A stretch of DNA of 64,000 bases from an uncultured Pseudomonadota bacterium (GTDB lineage: Bacteria > Oederibacteriota > Muellerivitia > Muellerivitales > Muellerivitaceae): NCBI GenBank assembly GCA_963836235.1, contig CAWIIP010000001.1, positions 512,175 to 576,174 on the forward strand, given 5' to 3'. The position numbers were made by a program, and so were the translations under genes. Below, piece after piece: positions 59,695-64,000 of this stretch (positions are counted from its first letter, which is position 1; every line of letters starts with the position of its first letter). The notes below the pieces were generated by a model, which saw only the letters and a list, made by a program, of their open reading frames with translations, searched no databases and had not been told where the DNA came from.

Positions 59695-60882
59695 TTAGAG
59701 TTCTCCGGCGAAAGCTTGAATCAATATCGACTTTTTCAAATTATCTAATGCCGAATATTTTTCCAGGTAGATAGATTCTAAGCGTTGGACTTCAGTGGAA
59801 AGGGCATCCAATTTGGCAACTGTATCTACTTGAACTTTGAGTGAGGGGATTTTAAGGGAAGTGGATTTGAAATTCTCGTGACCCATGTGAGGATTTGCTG
59901 TTCCCTTAACAATTTTCTTCTGGTGATTCTTAAACAATGATGAGGTAACAAAATAATAAAGAAACTCACCATCAACCTCTGTCGGATTGATCGTCACTTT
60001 GAAAAGGTTATTACTGAGCACCCCATCAATACCGCGAAAAATCTTACCAGCTGTTGCACCCGTATTTACGACGATCAAATCTTTTTTCGTAACTCTTTTC
60101 TTGGGGTAGATATCTTCGACATATTTCAAGTTTTCTTCGTGGTCGAAGTCCGAAATATACAAGTATCGCTTACGATTCATCCCTGGTGACTTGAAATGTA
60201 GATTTTTCTCTATTTGGACACCTTGTGTTGTTTCACACACTTCACCGAGTGTCTTCTCCACCCACCCCTCGCCACGATGGGTGAAAACGGAATAAAGATA
60301 GCTGTCAAATATGGCGCGGGCGTTTTGGAGATTCTTTTCGGCATTGGCTTTGGCGGTGGCAATCCCCTCAAACGCTTCGTCGAGAATCCCGACAATTCGT
60401 TTTTGTTCAATAATTGAAGGAACTGGGATCGGGTAAGATTCAATAAATTCTTTTGGCACTCTTTGTTGTCCAACTGCTCCTCCCATTATGTTGGAACCTT
60501 CTGTTCTAAAATCAGGTCTTGAAAGGAAGTAATATAGATACTCCTTATCCAAATATTTATTAGGTCTGAAAACAATAAATTCGCTTGAGCCAAAACCTAT
60601 TCTGTTTATTAATCCTTTAGCGATTCCAAGTTTCCCATTCTCAAAACACGGGGTAATTTTTGCGAGAAGTACATCCCCTTCCCCAAAATAGGTATAACTA
60701 CCGTCTACTTCAGATAACGGCCGATTTTGTTTGGGATTTAAAAATTTCTGATCGATGCCAAGATTTTCCATCGGAACAAACGAGACCAATGATTTTGGCG
60801 ATAGTTTTTCACGAGCTTCTGATTTAGGCGGCCTTATTTGACAAACTTCTGATAACGGAAAACTTTTAAAATCTACTTTCAT
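59695..60882 (-). CDS. hsdS: Type I R-M specificity subunit
   Basis: Two TRDs, AKITPCFENGK, IPVPSIIEQKRIV, LKKSILIQAFAGEL. Confidence 0.94.
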   Translation of the reverse strand: MKVDFKSFPLSEVCQIRPPKSEAREKLSPKSLVSFVPMENLGIDQKFLNPKQNRPLSEVDGSYTYFGEGDVLLAKITPCFENGKLGIAKGLINRIGFGSSEFIVFRPNKYLDKEYLYYFLSRPDFRTEGSNIMGGAVGQQRVPKEFIESYPIPVPSIIEQKRIVGILDEAFEGIATAKANAEKNLQNARAIFDSYLYSVFTHRGEGWVEKTLGEVCETTQGVQIEKNLHFKSPGMNRKRYLYISDFDHEENLKYVEDIYPKKRVTKKDLIVVNTGATAGKIFRGIDGVLSNNLFKVTINPTEVDGEFLYYFVTSSLFKNHQKKIVKGTANPHMGHENFKSTSLKIPSLKVQVDTVAKLDALSTEVQRLESIYLEKYSALDNLKKSILIQAFAGEL

Positions 60883-61028
60883 AAAAACGCCTTAATCTTC
60901 TCTAGTATTTTGGCGCTCTCTGCATCCAACTTCGAAATTTCTTCCATAATTTTCTTCGGGCTGCGATGAACAACCTCTTCCGCTCCATTGGGGTTCTTCA
61001 CCGAAAGGTCAAAGGTCTCCTGGTCCAC
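60879..61028 (-). pseudogene. hsdM: C-terminal ~49 aa of type I methyltransferase HsdM (remainder absent)
   Basis: VDQETFDLSVKNPNGAEEVVHRSPKKIMEEISKLDAESAKILEKIKAFL*; ATGA overlap with hsdS; in-frame TAA at 61035-61037 just upstream. Confidence 0.8.
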
Positions 61029-61784
61029 TTGATGTTACGGACTGCTGAATTGTTCCTCCCCTAAAGAGAGTTTATGACCTCGTTTCAAAGCACCAATTCT
61101 CACTGGTACTTTGGAGGCTGACTTCCAGGCTCTCTGGTGATTACCTGGTCAGGACTTGGCTACCATTCACCAAATAACCCCAAATGGCATCTTCACCTAA
61201 TTCACTCATCACAACCTTTAGGATTCGACTACCACCTGAGTTTCTACCACCTACCATTACTGGTAACCTCACCTGCTGGCTCTACAAACCTTCATCTTCA
61301 CTTCCTGGCACACTCCATGCGGAGAGGGCGAGCCCCCCTATCGGTTCTAGCATCCTAAGTTGATGCGTATATAGGGGGCTCGCCATCGGAGCATGGAAAA
61401 ACACCCGAAAAGAGGCCCCAAAGTTCAACTTTTTATTTCAAACAGATTGAAAGAAAACAGCCTATCGATTGAAATGAGTAAAGTTAAAATTTTTAGTTCC
61501 ATGGCGCGGAAATGATTTGGTCTCTGGTTTGAAACACACCAAGCCCGGGAATCCGGTCGGTCAAGACCGATGAAGGCCGATCCTTTTGGCTAGAAGTTGT
61601 CCTATGCGTGTCATTCGCAATCGCCTTTTACGGCTCTTGATCGCCACTTACTGCCCCTGACCGTCACGTACAAAAAAGGCCCTTGTCTGCTTGGATCGTG
61701 AAACCCTTGCAAACAAAGGCCCTTAAAAATATGCTGGGGACTGAATTTTAAAAAATTTTCATCCGGACGGTGCCGAAATTCCTG

Positions 61785-61809
61785 CCCTCTCCCTCAAGGG
61801 GCGAGGGGG
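61785..61809. repeat. REP-like GC-rich hairpin downstream of the membrane-protein gene
   Basis: CCCTCTCCCTCAAGGGGCGAGGGGG, imperfect palindrome. Confidence 0.4.
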
Positions 61810-61873
61810 TGTTCCTCCCCTGCATTACCTGCTGTCTTTTTGAAGGTCAAAGTGATGGGTTGGACCAGCCCCT

Positions 61874-62536
61874 TCACTTATCCTTCAACAGCCATTCTCC
61901 CTTGATGAGCCAGGCGGCCCCGAAGGCCATGATCGCGATGGTTTCAAAAAACAGAACCGGCTTCACCGGGTTAAAAAGATTTTCCATTTGAGTGGTCCAA
62001 AGGTGGTCGGCCAGGATGCCCAATAGTCCAATCACCATGATCACCCCGCAAGTGTAGTAAACCCCATTGCGGACCTTTTTTCGGAAGGGTCTTTTCTTTG
62101 GGTCTGGGATATTCGACCGGGTGAATTGGCACCAGCAAAGGTAGGTGATGGCCAGGAAAAAGACGGTCGCGCTGACCCAATGGACATTACCGAGCAAAGC
62201 CTGGTGGGGTGTGGGGACAATAGGTTGGTCGGGGGTGGTGGGGCAAGTGCCCACGAGGATGGCCGCGACACCGGCCAGGAAACTGCCCACGTGGTCCCCC
62301 AATTCATATCCCACGTAACAGCAAAGGAACACCCCGATGGCGCACATCGTGCCCCCGAAGATGGTGCCGGAAGCCTGGTAGTAATAGGCGCTGATGGAGG
62401 AGGGAAAAACGCATCCCGCGAAAACATAGAGGACGGGGGTCAGCAATATCCCCATGAACCCCACGACCTTGCGGTAATGGAGGGCGGAAATCAGCAGGTC
62501 TTTTTCAGCAGGAGGGACAATCTTCTTACGGGCCAT
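61874..62536 (-). CDS. Multi-pass membrane protein (DUF998-like)
   Basis: AAGGAG RBS, about 6 TM segments, SSISAYYY, VHWVSATVFF, FETIAIMAFGAAWLIKG. Confidence 0.75.
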   Translation of the reverse strand: MARKKIVPPAEKDLLISALHYRKVVGFMGILLTPVLYVFAGCVFPSSISAYYYQASGTIFGGTMCAIGVFLCCYVGYELGDHVGSFLAGVAAILVGTCPTTPDQPIVPTPHQALLGNVHWVSATVFFLAITYLCWCQFTRSNIPDPKKRPFRKKVRNGVYYTCGVIMVIGLLGILADHLWTTQMENLFNPVKPVLFFETIAIMAFGAAWLIKGEWLLKDK

Positions 62537-62545
62537 GGAAGCTCC

Positions 62546-62737
62546 TTAGGTTGATTTTGTTTCCGGTCGAACCAGGGACTTTTCAAAAGTCTCAACCTCA
62601 TAGTTGGTCACGGTTAATTGCATAGGGTTAAGACAGCGGGGGCATTGGACGATTCCAACAGCATTACCGCGGATGGTTCTGGTTCCGCTACATTTTGTAT
62701 CCCTGCATTGATAACTTTTAATAATTATTTTAATCAG
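62546..62737 (-). CDS. Putative 63-aa zinc-ribbon protein with non-canonical start
   Basis: Open frame (L)IKIIIKSYQCRDTKC...VQCPRCLNPMQL...; CTG start preceded by GAGG; fills the gap between mazF and the next gene. Confidence 0.5.
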   Translation of the reverse strand: MIKIIIKSYQCRDTKCSGTRTIRGNAVGIVQCPRCLNPMQLTVTNYEVETFEKSLVRPETKST

Positions 62738-62778
62738 ACGATCTAACCCTCAAAGAAAAGCTAAATAACACCAACGTC

Positions 62779-63097
62779 TCAATCGCCGATAATTTCGCCT
62801 AAACCCTCGACAATTTGGGAAAGTTCCTCGGCGGTGGCGCGGCCTAGTTTTTTTCCCAGTCGTTCCACGGACAAGGTCCGGATCTGGCTGATTTTAACCC
62901 AGGATTTTTTGGGAAGTTTTCCGCCGCTAAGTTCAAAAGTGAGGGGAAAGCCGGCCTTGGGTTCCTGGCTGGTCAGGGCCACGGCGATAACCGTTCCCGA
63001 TCTTTCATTGAAAACATCATGGCTCAATACTAAAACCGGCCGCTGGCCGGATTGCTCATGGCCTTTGACCGGGTTTAAATCGGCCCAGAGGATGTCC
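62779..63097 (-). CDS. mazF: PemK/MazF toxin, first few codons missing
   Basis: DILWADLNPVKGHEQSGQRPVLVLS..KISQIRTLSVERL; sequence upstream of 63097 is unrelated. Confidence 0.88.
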
Positions 63098-63835
63098 TGA
63101 AGCCAGATCGGCACCGAAATGCGGAGTACCCAAGAAAGCCAAGCCAACTGTATTAGCTTCAATTTTCTGTAGATGGGCTTCCGGGCTGGACCTAGAGAGT
63201 GCCAAAGCGTTCTGAACAACCAAACCTCCGAGACTATGCATAACGAAGATAATTTCCCGGTTCTCGGAGTTTGTACGCTCTCTTCGACGAGTGAGTGCTC
63301 CAAGTAAAGCTTCCGCATGATTGCTTATACGATTGACTGAAGCTGCGCTAAACCAATGGACAACGTCTGCATCGTAACCGAATGAAAGTATACGAGCATC
63401 TGGTATATCCTCCTTTAGCAACTGGCTCGGCCAATGGATCCGACGATCTTCGTCTAACCACGTATTGTATGCATTACCAGTCAGGCCGTGCACGAATACG
63501 ATATCCACAATCGCAGGCGATCCATCTGAAGGTTCGTACAGGACCTGTATTCCAAGATTGTCGCCTTTCTGAATGATCGAAGGCTCGTTGGGGCTTGCTG
63601 TCTGCTGAGGTAGATTATTCGAGTTGAACGGGGCGTTCGCTACGCTTGTCAAATTCGCAGCAGCAAAGGGAGGACGGACGCTTTCGCTGGACGTTGATGC
63701 AGGTGGAGATTGAAGGTGGTTGTTGCCCTCAAGAGCGGGCGGGGCGAGCTGATGCGGAACTGTCGGAGATGTTGCTTCACCCCCAGCTCTCTTCCCGCGA
63801 TGAACGAGTTTGTTTAACCATTTGGGGTTCGGCAT
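63098..63835 (-). CDS. Fungal-type SesB/SERAC1-like alpha/beta hydrolase fragment, truncated at the junction with mazF
   Basis: DIVFVHGLTG..TW..HWPSQLLKEDIPDARILSFGYDADV..IIFVMHSLGGLVV..LAFLGTPHFGADLA, with a low-complexity Pro/Ser N-terminus. Confidence 0.8.
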
Positions 63836-64000
63836 GTTTATAGGTTTAGGCCGTAGCTATTCCGAAGTGAGAACGAGTCGCGCGACTAGAATAGCAGTGG
63901 GAAAGTGGGACAGGGTGGGACATCGTGGGCACCCCGATTTAGCGCCAACTGAACCATGATTGGGACTCTGGGGGAAAGAATGCCGAAAACGGCCTCGAAC

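Noticed and set aside
62779-63318. 179-aa MazF with N-terminal extension
   Set aside because: The extension is an off-frame reading of the fungal-type ORF across the junction at 63097

Overview
64 kb from a diderm bacterium, probably an uncultured lineage (it combines an LpxC-FabZ fusion, an SprA-like giant protein and type IV pilus genes; taxon is inference only). Almost all genes are on the minus strand. Left to right: a >1500-aa SprA/Sov-like protein that runs off the window and is absent from the ORF track; a LytS/LytR pair; lptFG and lipid A genes; a complete IS30 with a 3-bp target duplication; tmRNA; housekeeping genes (cysM/mec, eno, nrdR, argB, topA, dprA). Next comes a ~17-kb chemosensory/type IV pilus locus with no chemoreceptor: PilT-TPR fusion, TsaP-like protein, CheR, two all-TPR proteins, an MshEN-like-CheW fusion, a non-canonical P-II, CheY/C/D/W/Y/B/A/C and a degenerate GGDEF protein. 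This locus is the best candidate for an undescribed system. It is followed by two DUF2723 glycosyltransferase-like genes, coaX and birA, then a defence island of toxin-antitoxin modules separated by three copies of a ~90-bp direct repeat, and a type I R-M system. The last 3 kb has two abrupt junctions to eukaryote-like DNA that truncate hsdM and mazF, most likely assembly or read chimerism. All family assignments come from motif recognition by eye, not database searches.
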